Shown piece by piece: positions 1-12,910 of a stretch of DNA of 64,000 nt (position 1 is the first letter of the stretch; each line of letters opens with the position of its first letter). The position numbers and the translations under genes are program-made. The DNA lies in assembly GCA_964016885.1 (NCBI GenBank), contig OZ024741.1, positions 256,556,001 through 256,620,000 of the forward strand, read 5' to 3'. A model generated the notes under the pieces. The model was not told the DNA's origin, ran no database searches, and saw only the letters and a program-made list of their open reading frames with translations. Source of the DNA: Eledone cirrhosa (taxonomy: Eukaryota).

Positions 1-3000
1 GTGTTGTTGTTGTTACTGTTGCTGTTTTCTGTGTCAGTTCCAGTGTTGCTGTTGCTGTTTTCTGTGCCAGTGCCAGTGTTATTGTTGCTGTTGTTGCTGT
101 GTTCTGTGTCAGTGCCACGGTTGTTGTTGCTGTTGTTGCTGTTTTCTGTGTCAGTGCCAGTGTTGTTGTTGCTGTTTTCTGTGTCAGTGCCAGTGTTGTT
201 GTTGCTGTTGTTGCTGTTTTCCGTGCCAGTGTTGTTGTAGTTGTTGCTGTTTTCTGTTTCAGTGTCGGTGTTGTTGTTGTTGCTGTTTTCTCTGTCAGTG
301 CCAGTGTTGTTGTTGCTGTTTTCTCTGTCAGTGCCAGTGTTGTTGTTGTTGCTGTTTTCTGTGTCAGTGCCAGTGTTGTTGTAGTTGTTGCTGTTTTCTG
401 TGTCAGTGCCAGTGTTGTTGTAGTTGTTGCTGTTTTCTGTGTCAGTGCCAGTGTTGTTGTAGTTGTTGCTGTTTTCTCTGTCAGTGCCAGTATTGTTGTA
501 GTTGTTGCTGTTTTCTCTGTCAGTGCCAGTGTTGTTGTAGTTGTTGCTGTTTTCTGTGTCAATGCCAGTGTTGTTGTTGTTGCTGTTTTCTCTGTCAGTG
601 CCAGTGTTGTAGTTGTTGCTGTTTTCTCTGTCAGTGCCAGTGTTGTTGTAGTTGTTGCTCTTTTCTGTGTCAGTGCCAGTGTTGTTGCTGTTGTTGCTAT
701 TTTCTGTGTCAGTGCCAGTGTTGTTGTTGTTGCTGTTTTCTCTGTCAGTGCCAGTGTTTTTGTTGTTGCTGTTTTCTGTGTCAGTGCCAGTGTTGTTCTA
801 GTTGTTGCTGTTTTCTGTGTCAGTGCCAGTGTTGTTGTAGTTGTTGATGTTTTCTCTGTCAGTGCCTGTGTTGTTGTAGTTGTTGCTGTTTTCTCTGTCA
901 GTGCCAGTGTTGTTGTAGTTGTTGCTGTTTTCTGTGTCAGTGCCAGTGTTGTTGTTGTTGCTGTTTTCTCTGTCGGTGCCAGTGTTGTTGTAGTTATTGC
1001 TGTTGTCTGTGTCAGTGCCACTGTTGTTGTTGCTGTTTTCTGTGTCAGTGCCAGTGTTGTTGTTGTTGCTGTTTTCTCTGTCAGTGCCAGTGTTGTTGTT
1101 GCTGTTTTCTCTGTCAGTGCCAGTGTTGTTGTTGCTGTTTTCTGTGTCAGTGCCATTGTTATTGCTGTTGTTGCTGTTTTCTCTGTCAGTGCCAGTGTTG
1201 TTGTTGCTGTTGTTGCTGTTGCTGTTTTCTCTGTCAGTGCCAGTGTTGTTGTAGTTGTTGCTGTTTTCTCTGTCAGTGCCAGTGTTGTAGTTGTTGCTGT
1301 TTTCTGTGTCAGTGCCAGCGTTGTTGTTGTTGCTGTTTTCTCTGTCAGTGCCAGTGTTGTTGTAGTTGTTGCTGTTTTCTCTGTCAGTGCCAGTGTTGTT
1401 GTAGTTGTTGCTGTTTTCTGTGTCAGTGCCAGTGTTGTTGTTGTTGCTGTTTTCTCTGTCAGTGCCAGTGTTGTTGTAGTTGTTGCTGTTTTCTGTGTCA
1501 GTGCCAGTGTTGTTGTAGTTGTTGCCGTTTTCTCTGTCAGTGCCAGTGTTGTTGTAGTTGTTGCTGTTTTCTGTGTCAGTGCCAGTGTTGTTGTTGCTGT
1601 TTTCTCTGTCAGTGCCAGTGTTGTTGTAGTTGTTGCTGTTTTCTCTGTCAGTGCCAGTTTTGTTGTAGTTTTTGCTGTTTTCTGTGTCAGTGCCAGTGTT
1701 GTTGTAGTTGTTGCTGTTTTCTTTGTCAGTGGCAGTGTTGTTGTTGTTGCTGTTTTCTCTGTCAGTGCCAGTGTTGTAGTTGTTGCTGTTTTCTCTGTCA
1801 GTGCCAGTGTTGTTGTTGTTGTTGCTGTTTTCTCTGTCAGTGCCAGTGTTGTTGTTGTTGCTATTTTCACTGTCAGTGCCAGTGTTGTTGTTGTTGCTAT
1901 TTTCACTGTCAGTGCCAGTGTTGTTGTTGTTACTGTTGCTGTTTTCTGTGTCAGTGCCAGTGTTGTTGTTGTTACTGTTGCTGTTTCCTGTGCCACTGCC
2001 AGTGTTATTGTTGCTGTTGTTGCTGTTTTGTCTGTCAGTGCCAGTGTTGTAGTTGTTGCTGTTTTCTGTGTCAGTGCCAGTGTTGTTGTAGTTGTTGCTG
2101 TTTTCTGTGTCAGTGCCAGTGTTGTTGTTGTTCCTGTTTTCTGTGTCAGTGCCAGTGTTGTTGTTGTTGCTGCTTTCTCTGTCAGTGCCAGTGTTGTTGT
2201 AGTTGTTGCTGTTTTCTGTGTCAGTGCCAGTGTTGTTGTAGTTTTTGCTGTTTTCTGTGTCAGTGCCAGTGTTGTTGTTGCTGTTTTCTGTGTCAGTGCC
2301 AGTGTTGTTGTTGTTGCTGTTTTCTCTGTCAGTGCCAGTGTTGTTGCTGTTGCTATTTTCACTGTCAGTGCCAGTGTTGTTGTAGTTGTTGCTGTTTTCT
2401 GTGTCAGTGCCAGTGTTGTTGTTGCTGTTTTCTCTGTCAGTGCCAGTGTTGTTGTAGTTGTAGTTGTTGCTGTTTTCTCTGTCAGTGCCAGTGTTGTTGT
2501 AGTTGTTGCTGTTTTTTGTGTCAGTGCCAGTGTTGTTGTAGTTGTTGCTGTTTTCTCTGTCAGTGCCAGTGTCGTTGTTGTTGTTCCTGTTTTCTCTGTC
2601 AGTGCCAGTGTTGTAGTTGTTGCTGTTTTCTCTGTCAGTGCCAGTGTTGTTGTAGTTGTTGCTGTTTTCTGTGTCAGTGCCAGTGTTGTTGTTGTTGCTG
2701 TTTTCTGTGTCAGTGCCAGTGTTGTTGTTGTTGCTATTTTCACTGTCAGTGCCAGTGTTGTTGCTGTTGCTGTTTTCTCTGTCAGTGCCAGTGATGTTGT
2801 AGTTGTTGCTGTTTTCTGTGTCAGTGCCAGTGTTGTTGCTGTTGCTGTTTTCTCTGTCAGTGCCAGTGTTGTTGTAGTTGTTGCTGCTTTCTCTGTCAGT
2901 GCCAGTGTTGTTGTAGTTGTTTCTGTTTTCTGTGTCAGTGCCAGTGTTGTTGTTGTTGCTGTTTTCTCTGTCAGTGCCAGTGTTGTTGTAGTTGTTGCTG

Positions 3001-5299
3001 TTTTCTGTGTCAGTGCCACTGTTGTTGTTGCTGTTTTCTGTGTCTGTGCCAGTGTTGTTGTTGTTGCTGTTTTCTCTGTCAGTGCCAGTGTTGTTGTTGC
3101 TGTTTTCTCTGTCAGTGCCAGTGTTGTTGTTGTTGCTGTTTTCTGTGTCAGTGCCAGTGTTGTTGTAGTTGTTGCTGTTTTCTGTGTCAGTGCCAGTGTT
3201 GTTGTAGTTGTTGCTGTTTTCTCTGTCAGTGCCAGTGTTGTTGTAGTTGTTGCTGTTTTCTCTGTCAGTGCCAGTGTTGTTGTAGTTGTTGCTGTTTTCT
3301 GTGTCAGTGCCAGTGTTTTTGTTGTTGCTGTTTTCTCTGTCAGTGCCAGTGTTGTTGTAGTTGTTGCTGTTTTCTCTGTCAGTGCCAGTGTTGTTGTAGT
3401 TGTTGCTGTTTTCTCTGTCAGTGCCAGTGTTGTTGTAGTTGTTGCTGTTTTTTGTGTCAGTGCCAGTGTTGTTGTAGTTGTTGCTGTTTTCTCTGTCAGT
3501 GCCAGTGTTGTTGTTGTTGTTGCTGTTTTCTCTGTCAGTGCCAGTGTTGTAGTTGTTGCTGTTTTCTCTGTCAGTGCCAGTGTTGTTGTAGTTGTTGCTG
3601 TTTTCTGTGTCAGTGCCAGTGTTGTTGTTGTTGCTGTTTTCTGTGTCAGTGCCAGTGTTGTTGTTGTTGCTATTTTCACTGTCAGTGCCAGTGTTGTTGC
3701 TGTTGCTGTTTTCTCTGTCAGTGCCAGTGATGTTGTAGTTGTTGCTGTTTTCTGTGTTAGTGCCAGTGTTGTTGTAGTTGTTGCTGTTTTCTGTGTCAGT
3801 GCCAGTGTTGTTGCTGTTGCTGTTTTCTCTGTCAGTGCCAGTGTTGTTGTAGTTGTTGCTGCTTTCTCTGTCAGTGCCAGTGTTGTTGTAGTTGTTGCTG
3901 TTTTCTGTGTCAGTGTCAGTGTTGTTGTTGTTGCTGTTTTCTCTGTCAGTGCCAGTGTTGTTGTTGTTGCTGTTTTCTGTGTCAGTGCCAGTGTTGTTGT
4001 AGTTGTTGCTGTTTTCTGTGTCAGTGCCAGTGTTGTTGTAGTTGTTGCTGTTTTCTGTGTCAGTGCCAGTGTTGTTGTAGTTGTTGCTGTTTTCTCTGTC
4101 AGTGCCAGTATTGTTGTAGTTGTTGCTGTTTTCTCTGTCAGTGCCAGTGTTGTTGTAGTTGTTGCTGTTTTCTGTGTCAATGCCAGTGTTGTTGTTGTTG
4201 CTGTTTTCTCTGTCAGTGCCAGTGTTGTAGTTGTTGCTGTTTTCTCTGTCAGTGCCAGTGTTGTTGTAGTTGTTGCTCTTTTCTGTGTCAGTGCCAGTGT
4301 TGTTGCTGTTGTTGCTATTTGCTGTGTCAGTGCCAGTGTTGTTGTTGTTGCTGTTTTCTCTGTCAGTGCCAGTGTTTTTGTTGTTGCTGTTTTCTGTGTC
4401 AGTGCCAGTGTTGTTCTAGTTGTTGCTGTTTTCTGTGTCAGTGCCAGTGTTGTTGTAGTTGTTGATGTTTTCTCTGTCAGTGCCTGTGTTGTTGTAGTTG
4501 TTGCTGTTTTCTCTGTCAGTGCCAGTGTTGTTGTAGTTGTTGCTGTTTTCTGTGTCAGTGCCAGTGTTGTTGTTGTTGCTGTTTTCTCTGTCAGTGCCAG
4601 TGTTGTTGTAGTTATTGCTGTTGTCTGTGTCAGTGCCACTGTTGTTGTTGCTGTTTTCTGTGTCAGTGCCAGTGTTGTTGTTGTTGCTGTTTTCTCTGTC
4701 AGTGCCAGTGTTGTTGTTGCTGTTTTCTCTGTCAGTGCCAGTGTTGTTGTTGCTGTTTTCTGTGTCAGTGCCATTGTTATTGCTGTTGTTGCTGTTTTCT
4801 CTGTCAGTGCCAGTGTTGTTGTTGCTGTTGTTGCTGTTGCTGTTTTCTCTGTCAGTGCCAGTGTTGTTGTAGTTGTTGCTGTTTTCTCTGTCAGTGCCAG
4901 TGTTGTAGTTGTTGCTGTTTTCTGTGTCAGTGCCAGCGTTGTTGTTGTTGCTGTTTTCTCTGTCAGTGCCAGTGTTGTTGTAGTTGTTGCTGTTTTCTCT
5001 GTCAGTGCCAGTGTTGTTGTAGTTGTTGCTGTTTTCTGTGTCAGTGCCAGTGTTGTTGTTGTTGCTGTTTTCTCTGTCAGTGCCAGTGTTGTTGTAGTTG
5101 TTGCTGTTTTCTGTGTCAGTGCCAGTGTTGTTGTAGTTGTTGCCGTTTTCTCTGTCAGTGCCAGTGATGTTGTAGTTGTTGCTGTTTTCTGTGTCAGTGC
5201 CAGTGTTGTTGTTGCTGTTTTCTCTGTCAGTGCCAGTGTTGTTGTAGTTGTTGCTGTTTTCTCTGTCAGTGCCAGTTTTGTTGTAGTTTTTGCTGTTTT

Positions 5300-8200
5300 C
5301 TGTGTCAGTGCCAGTGTTGTTGTAGTTGTTGCTGTTTTCTTTGTCAGTGGCAGTGTTGTTGTTGTTGCTGTTTTCTCTGTCAGTGCCAGTGTTGTAGTTG
5401 TTGCTGTTTTCTCTGTCAGTGCCAGTGTTGTTGTTGTTGTTGCTGTTTTCTCTGTCAGTGCCAGTGTTGTTGTTGTTGCTATTTTCACTGTCAGTGCCAG
5501 TGTTGTTGTTGCTATTTTCACTGTCAGTGCCAGTGTTGTTGTTGTTACTGTTGCTGTTTTCTGTGTCAGTGCCAGTGTTGTTGTTGTTACTGTTGCTGTT
5601 TCCTGTGCCACTGCCAGTGTTATTGTTGCTGTTGTTGCTGTTTTGTCTGTCAGTGCCAGTGTTGTAGTTGTTGCTGTTTTCTGTGTCAGTGCCAGTGTTG
5701 TTGTAGTTGTTGCTGTTTTCTGTGTCAGTGCCAGTGTTGTTGTTGTTCCTGTTTTCTGTGTCAGTGCCAGTGTTGTTGTTGTTGCTGTTTTCTCTGTCAG
5801 TGCCAGTGTTGTTGTTGTTGCTATTTTCACTGTCAGTGCCAGTGTTGTTGCTGTTGCTGTTTTCTCTGTCAGTGCCAGTGATGTTGTAGTTGTTGCTGTT
5901 TTCTGTGTTAGTGCCAGTGTTGTTGTAGTTGTTGCTGTTTTCTGTGTCAGTGCCAGTGTTGTTGTTGTTGCTGTTTTCTCTGTCAGTGCCAGTGTTGTTG
6001 TAGTTGTTGCTGTTTTCTCTGTCAGTGCCAGTGTTGTTGTAGTTGTTGCTGTTTTTTGTGTCAGTGCCAGTGTTGTTGTAGTTGCTGTTTTCTGTGTCAG
6101 TGCCAGTGTTGTTGTTGTTGCTATTTTCACTGTCAGTGCCAGTGTTGTTGCTGTTGCTGTTTTCTCTGTCAGTGCCAGTGATGTTGTAGTTGTTGCTGTT
6201 TTCTGTGTTAGTGCCAGTGTTGTTGTAGTTGTTGCTGTTTTCTGTGTCAGTGCCAGTGTTGTTGCTGTTGCTGTTTTCTCTGTCAGTGCCAGTGTTGTAG
6301 TTGTTGCTGCTTTCTCTGTCAGTGCCAGTGTTGTTGTAGTTGTTTCTGTTTTCTGCGTCAGTGCCAGTGTTGTTGTTGTTGCTGTTTTCTCTGTCAGTGC
6401 CAGTGTTGTTGTAGTTGTTGCTGTTTTCTGTGTCAGTGCCACTGTTGTTGTTGCTGTTTTCTGTGTCTGTGCCAGTGTTGTTGTTGTTGCTGTTTTCTCT
6501 GTCAGTGCCAGTGTTGTTGTTGCTGTTTTCTCTGTCAGTGCCAGTGTTGTTGTTGTTGCTGTTTTCTGTGTCACTGCGAGTGTTGTTGTAGTTGTTGCTG
6601 TTTTCTGTGTCAGTGCCACTGTTGTTGTAGTTGTTGCTGTTTTCTCTGTCAGTGCCAGTGTTGTTGTAGTTGTTGCTGTTTTCTCTGTCAGTGCCAGTGT
6701 TGTTGTAGTTGTTGCTGTTTTCTGTGTCAGTGCCAGTGTTTTTGTTGTTGCTGTTTTCTCTGTCAGTGCCAGTGTTGTTGTAGTTGTTGCTGTTTTCTCT
6801 GTCAGTGCCAGTGTTGTTGTAATTGTTGCTGTTTTCTGTGTCAGTGCCAGTGTTGTTGCTGTTGTTGCTGTTTTCTGTGTCAGTGCCAGTGTTGTTGTTG
6901 TTGCTGTTTTCTGTGTCAGTGCCAGTGTTGTTGTTGCTATTTTCACTGTCAGTGCCAGTGTTGTTGTAGTTGTTGCTGTTTTCTGTGTCAGTGCCAGTGT
7001 TGTTGTTGTTGCTGTTTTCTCTGTCAGTGCCAGTGTTGTTGTAGCTGTTGCTGTTTTCTGTGTCAGTGCCAGTGTTGTTGTAGTTGTTGCTGTTTACTGT
7101 GTCAGTGCCAGTGTTGTTGTAGTTGTTGCTGTTTTCTCTGTCAGTGCCAGTGTTGTTGTAGTTGTTGCTGTTTTCTCTCTCAGTGCCAGTGTTGTTGTAG
7201 TTGTTGCTGTTTTCTCTGTCAGTGCCAGTGTTGTTGTTGTTGCTGTTTTCTCTGTCAGTGCCAGTGTTGTTGTAGTTGTTGCTGTTTTCTCTGTCAGTGC
7301 CAGTGTTGTTGCTGTTGTTGCTGTTTTTTGTGTCAGTGCCAGTGTTGTTGTAGTTGTTGCTGTTTTCTCTGTCAGTGCCAGTGTTGTTGTTGTTGTTGCT
7401 GTTTTCTCTGTCAGTGCCAGTGTTGTAGTTGTTGCTGTTTTCTCTGTCAGTGCCAGTGTTGTTGTAGTTGTTGCTGTTTTCTGTGTCAGTGCCAGTGTTG
7501 TTGTTGTTGCTGTTTTCTGTGTCAGTGCCAGTGTTGTTGTTGTTGCTATTTTCACTGTCAGTGCCAGTGTTGTTGCTGTTGCTGTTTTCTCTGTCAGTGC
7601 CAGTGATGTTGTAGTTGTTGCTGTTTTCTGTGTTAGTGCCAGTGTTGTTGTAGTTGTTGCTGTTTTCTGTGTCAGTGCCAGTGTTGTTGCTGTTGCTGTT
7701 TTCTCTGTCATTGCCAGTGTTGTTGTTGTTGTTGCTGCTTTCTCTGTCAGTGCCATTGTTGTTGTAGTTGTTGCTGTTTTCTGTGTCAGTGCCAGTGTTG
7801 TTGTTGTTGCTGTTTTCTCTGTCAGTGCCAGTGTTGTTGTAGTTGTTGCTGTTTTCTGTGTCAGTGCCACTGCTGTTGTTGCTGTTTTCTGTGTCAGTGC
7901 CAGTGTTGTTGTTGCTGTTTTCTGTGTCAGTGCCAGTGTTGTTGTTGTTGCTGTTTTCTCTGTCAGTGCCAGTGTTGTTGCTGTTGCTATTTTCACCGTC
8001 AGTGCCAGTGTTGTTGTTGTTGCTGTTTTCTGTGTCAGTGCCAGTGTTGTTGTTGTTGCTGTTTTCTTTGTCAGTGCCAGCGTTGTTGTTGTTACTGTTG
8101 CTGTTTTCTGTGTCAGTTCCAGTGTTGCTGTTGCTGTTTTCTGTGCCAGTGCCAGTGTTATTGTTGCTGTTGTTGCTGTTTTCTGTGTCAGTGCCACGGT

Positions 8201-11200
8201 TGTTGTTGCTGTTGTTGCTGTTTTCTGTGTCAGTGCCAGTGTTGTTGTTGCTGTTTTCTGTGTCAGTGCCAGTGTTGTTGTTGCTGTTGTTGCTGTTTTC
8301 CGTGCCAGTGTTGTTGTAGTTGTTGCTGTTTTCTGTGTCAATGCCAGTGTTGTTGTTGTTGCTGTTTTCTCTGTCAGTGCCACTGTTGTAGTTGTTGCTG
8401 TTTTCTCTGTCAGTGCCAGTGTTGTTGTAGTTGTTGCTGTTTTCTGTGTCAGTGCCAATGTTGTTGCTGTTGTTGCTGTTTTCTGTGTCAGTGCCAGTGT
8501 TGTTGTTGTTGCTGTTTTCTCTGTCAGTGCCAGTGTTTTTGTTGTTGCTGTTTTCTGTGTCAGTGCCAGTGTTGTTCTAGTTGTTGCTGTTTTCTGTGTC
8601 AGTGCCAGTGTTGTTGTAGTTGTTGCTGTTTTCTCTGTCAGTGCCAGTGTTGTTGTAGTTGTTGCTGTTTTCTCTGTCAGTGCCAGTGTTGTTGTAGTTG
8701 TTGCTGTTTTTGTGTCAGTGCCAGTGTTGTTGTTGTTGCTGTTTTCTCTGTCAGTGCCAGTGTTGTTGTAGTTATTGCTGTTTTCTGTGTCAGTGCCACT
8801 GTTGTTGTTGCTGTTTTCTGTGTCAGTGCCAGTATTGTTGTTGTTGCTGTTTTCTCTGTCAGTGCCAGTGTTGTTGTTGCTGTTGTTGCTGTTGCTGTTT
8901 TCTCTGTCAGTGCCAGTGTTGTTGTAGTTGTTGCTGTTTTCTCTGTCAGTGCCAGTGTTGTAGTTGTTGCTGTTTTCTGTGTCAGTGCCAGTGTTGTTGT
9001 TGTTGCTGTTTTCTCGGTCAGTGCCAGTGTTGTTGTAGTTGTTGCTGTTTTCTCTGTCAGTGCCAGTGTTGTTGTAGTTGTTGCTGTTTTCTGTGTCAGT
9101 GCCAGTGTTGTTGCTGTTTTCTGTGTCAGTGCCAGTGTTGTTGTAGTTGTTGCTGTTTTCTTTGTCAGTGGCAGTGTTGTTGTTGTTGCTGTTTTCTCTG
9201 TCAGTGCCAGTGTTGTAGTTGTTGCTGTTTTCTCTGTCAGTGCCAGTGTTGTTGTTGTTGTTGCTGTTTTCTCTGTCAGTGCCAGTGTTGTTGTTGTTGC
9301 TATTTTCACTGTCAGTGCCAGTGTTGTTGTTGTTGCTATTTTCACTGTCAGTGCCAGTGTTGTTGTTGTTACTGTTGCTGTTTTCTGTGTCAGTGCCAGT
9401 GTTGTTGTTGTTACTGTTGCTGTTTCCTGTGCCACTGCCAGTGTTATTGTTGCTGTTGTTGCTGTTTTGTCTGTCAGTGCCAGTGTTGTAGTTGTTGCTG
9501 TTTTCTGTGTCAGTGCCAGTGTTGTTGTAGTTGTTGCTGTTTTCTGTGTCAGTGCCAGTGTTGTTGTTGTTCCTGTTTTCTGTGTCAGTGCCAGTGTTGT
9601 TGTTGTTGCTATTTTCACTGTCAGTGCCAGTGTTGTTGCTGTTGCTGTTTTCTCTGTCAGTGCCAGTGATGTTGTAGTTGTTGCTGTTTTCTGTGTTAGT
9701 GCCAGTGTTGTTGTAGTTGTTGCTGTTTTCTGTGTCAGTGCCAGTGTTGTTGTTGTTGCTGTTTTCTCTGTCAGTGCCAGTGTTGTTGTAGTTGTTGCTG
9801 TTTTCTCTGTCAGTGCCAGTGTTGTTGTAGTTGTTGCTGTTTTTTTGTGTCAGTGCCAGTGTTGTTGTAGTTGCTGTTTTCTGTGTCAGTGCCAGTGTTG
9901 TTGTTGTTGCTATTTTCACTGTCAGTGCCAGTGTTGTTGCTGTTGCTGTTTTCTCTGTCAGTGCCAGTGATGTTGTAGTTGTTGCTGTTTTCTGTGTTAG
10001 TGCCAGTGTTGTTGTAGTTGTTGCTGTTTTCTGTGTCAGTGCCAGTGTTGTTGCTGTTGCTGTTTTCTCTGTCAGTGCCAGTGTTGTAGTTGTTGCTGCT
10101 TTCTCTGTCAGTGCCAGTGTTGTTGTAGTTGTTTCTGTTTTCTGCGTCAGTGCCAGTGTTGTTGTTGTTGCTGTTTTCTCTGTCAGTGCCAGTGTTGTTG
10201 TAGTTGTTGCTGTTTTCTGTGTCAGTGCCACTGTTGTTGTTGCTGTTTTCTGTGTCTGTGCCAGTGTTGTTGTTGTTGCTGTTTTCTCTGTCAGTGCCAG
10301 TGTTGTTGTTGCTGTTTTCTCTGTCAGTGCCAGTGTTGTTGTTGTTGCTGTTTTCTGTGTCACTGCGAGTGTTGTTGTAGTTGTTGCTGTTTTCTGTGTC
10401 AGTGCCACTGTTGTTGTAGTTGTTGCTGTTTTCTCTGTCAGTGCCAGTGTTGTTGTAGTTGTTGCTGTTTTCTCTGTCAGTGCCAGTGTTGTTGTAGTTG
10501 TTGCTGTTTTCTGTGTCAGTGCCAGTGTTTTTGTTGTTGCTGTTTTCTCTGTCAGTGCCAGTGTTGTTGTAGTTGTTGCTGTTTTCTCTGTCAGTGCCAG
10601 TGTTGTTGTAATTGTTGCTGTTTTCTGTGTCAGTGCCAGTGTTGTTGCTGTTGTTGCTGTTTTCTGTGTCAGTGCCAGTGTTGTTGTTGTTGCTGTTTTC
10701 TGTGTCAGTGCCAGTGTTGTTGTTGCTATTTTCACTGTCAGTGCCAGTGTTGTTGTAGTTGTTGCTGTTTTCTGTGTCAGTGCCAGTGTTGTTGTTGTTG
10801 CTGTTTTCTCTGTCAGTGCCAGTGTTGTTGTAGCTGTTGCTGTTTTCTGTGTCAGTGCCAGTGTTGTTGTAGTTGTTGCTGTTTACTGTGTCAGTGCCAG
10901 TGTTGTTGTAGTTGTTGCTGTTTTCTCTGTCAGTGCCAGTGTTGTTGTAGTTGTTGCTGTTTTCTCTCTCAGTGCCAGTGTTGTTGTAGTTGTTGCTGTT
11001 TTCTCTGTCAGTGCCAGTGTTGTTGTTGTTGCTGTTTTCTCTGTCAGTGCCAGTGTTGTTGTAGTTGTTGCTGTTTTCTCTGTCAGTGCCAGTGTTGTTG
11101 CTGTTGTTGCTGTTTTTTGTGTCAGTGCCAGTGTTGTTGTAGTTGTTGCTGTTTTCTCTGTCAGTGCCAGTGTTGTTGTTGTTGTTGCTGTTTTCTCTGT

Positions 11201-12910
11201 CAGTGCCAGTGTTGTAGTTGTTGCTGTTTTCTCTGTCAGTGCCAGTGTTGTTGTAGTTGTTGCTGTTTTCTGTGTCAGTGCCAGTGTTGTTGTTGTTGCT
11301 GTTTTCTGTGTCAGTGCCAGTGTTGTTGTTGTTGCTATTTTCACTGTCAGTGCCAGTGTTGTTGCTGTTGCTGTTTTCTCTGTCAGTGCCAGTGATGTTG
11401 TAGTTGTTGCTGTTTTCTGTGTTAGTGCCAGTGTTGTTGTAGTTGTTGCTGTTTTCTGTGTCAGTGCCAGTGTTGTTGCTGTTGCTGTTTTCTCTGTCAT
11501 TGCCAGTGTTGTTGTTGTTGTTGCTGCTTTCTCTGTCAGTGCCATTGTTGTTGTAGTTGTTGCTGTTTTCTGTGTCAGTGCCAGTGTTGTTGTTGTTGCT
11601 GTTTTCTCTGTCAGTGCCAGTGTTGTTGTAGTTGTTGCTGTTTTCTGTGTCAGTGCCACTGCTGTTGTTGCTGTTTTCTGTGTCAGTGCCAGTGTTGTTG
11701 TTGCTGTTTTCTGTGTCAGTGCCAGTGTTGTTGTTGTTGCTGTTTTCTCTGTCAGTGCCAGTGTTGTTGCTGTTGCTATTTTCACCGTCAGTGCCAGTGT
11801 TGTTGTTGTTGCTGTTTTCTGTGTCAGTGCCAGTGTTGTTGTTGTTGCTGTTTTCTTTGTCAGTGCCAGCGTTGTTGTTGTTACTGTTGCTGTTTTCTGT
11901 GTCAGTTCCAGTGTTGCTGTTGCTGTTTTCTGTGCCAGTGCCAGTGTTATTGTTGCTGTTGTTGCTGTTTTCTGTGTCAGTGCCACGGTTGTTGTTGCTG
12001 TTGTTGCTGTTTTCTGTGTCAGTGCCAGTGTTGTTGTTGCTGTTTTCTGTGTCAGTGCCAGTGTTGTTGTTGCTGTTGTTGCTGTTTTCCGTGCCAGTGT
12101 TGTTGTAGTTGTTGCTGTTTTCTGTGTCAATGCCAGTGTTGTTGTTGTTGCTGTTTTCTCTGTCAGTGCCACTGTTGTAGTTGTTGCTGTTTTCTCTGTC
12201 AGTGCCAGTGTTGTTGTAGTTGTTGCTGTTTTCTGTGTCAGTGCCAATGTTGTTGCTGTTGTTGCTGTTTTCTGTGTCAGTGCCAGTGTTGTTGTTGTTG
12301 CTGTTTTCTCTGTCAGTGCCAGTGTTTTTGTTGTTGCTGTTTTCTGTGTCAGTGCCAGTGTTGTTCTAGTTGTTGCTGTTTTCTGTGTCAGTGCCAGTGT
12401 TGTTGTAGTTGTTGCTGTTTTCTCTGTCAGTGCCAGTGTTGTTGTAGTTGTTGCTGTTTTCTCTGTCAGTGCCAGTGTTGTTGTAGTTGTTGCTGTTTTT
12501 GTGTCAGTGCCAGTGTTGTTGTTGTTGCTGTTTTCTCTGTCAGTGCCAGTGTTGTTGTAGTTATTGCTGTTTTCTGTGTCAGTGCCACTGTTGTTGTTGC
12601 TGTTTTCTGTGTCAGTGCCAGTATTGTTGTTGTTGCTGTTTTCTCTGTCAGTGCCAGTGTTGTTGTTGCTGTTGTTGCTGTTGCTGTTTTCTCTGTCAGT
12701 GCCAGTGTTGTTGTAGTTGTTGCTGTTTTCTCTGTCAGTGCCAGTGTTGTAGTTGTTGCTGTTTTCTGTGTCAGTGCCAGTGTTGTTGTTGTTGCTGTTT
12801 TCTCGGTCAGTGCCAGTGTTGTTGTAGTTGTTGCTGTTTTCTCTGTCAGTGCCAGTGTTGTTGTAGTTGTTGCTGTTTTCTGTGTCAGTGCCAGTGTTGT
12901 TGCTGTTTTC
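5300..12910. repeat. Near-identical ~3.8-kb higher-order tandem duplication inside the minisatellite (approx. 5300-9120 and 9121-12910)
   Basis: Equivalent ORF-track landmarks are offset by exactly 3789 bp (7094/10883, 7328/11117, 7843/11632, 8677/12466). Both copies share variants TCTCTCAGT (~7175/~10964) and GCCAAT (~8454/~12243) that the homologous cassette near 24.3-25.6 kb lacks. Boundaries are approximate. Confidence 0.85.
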
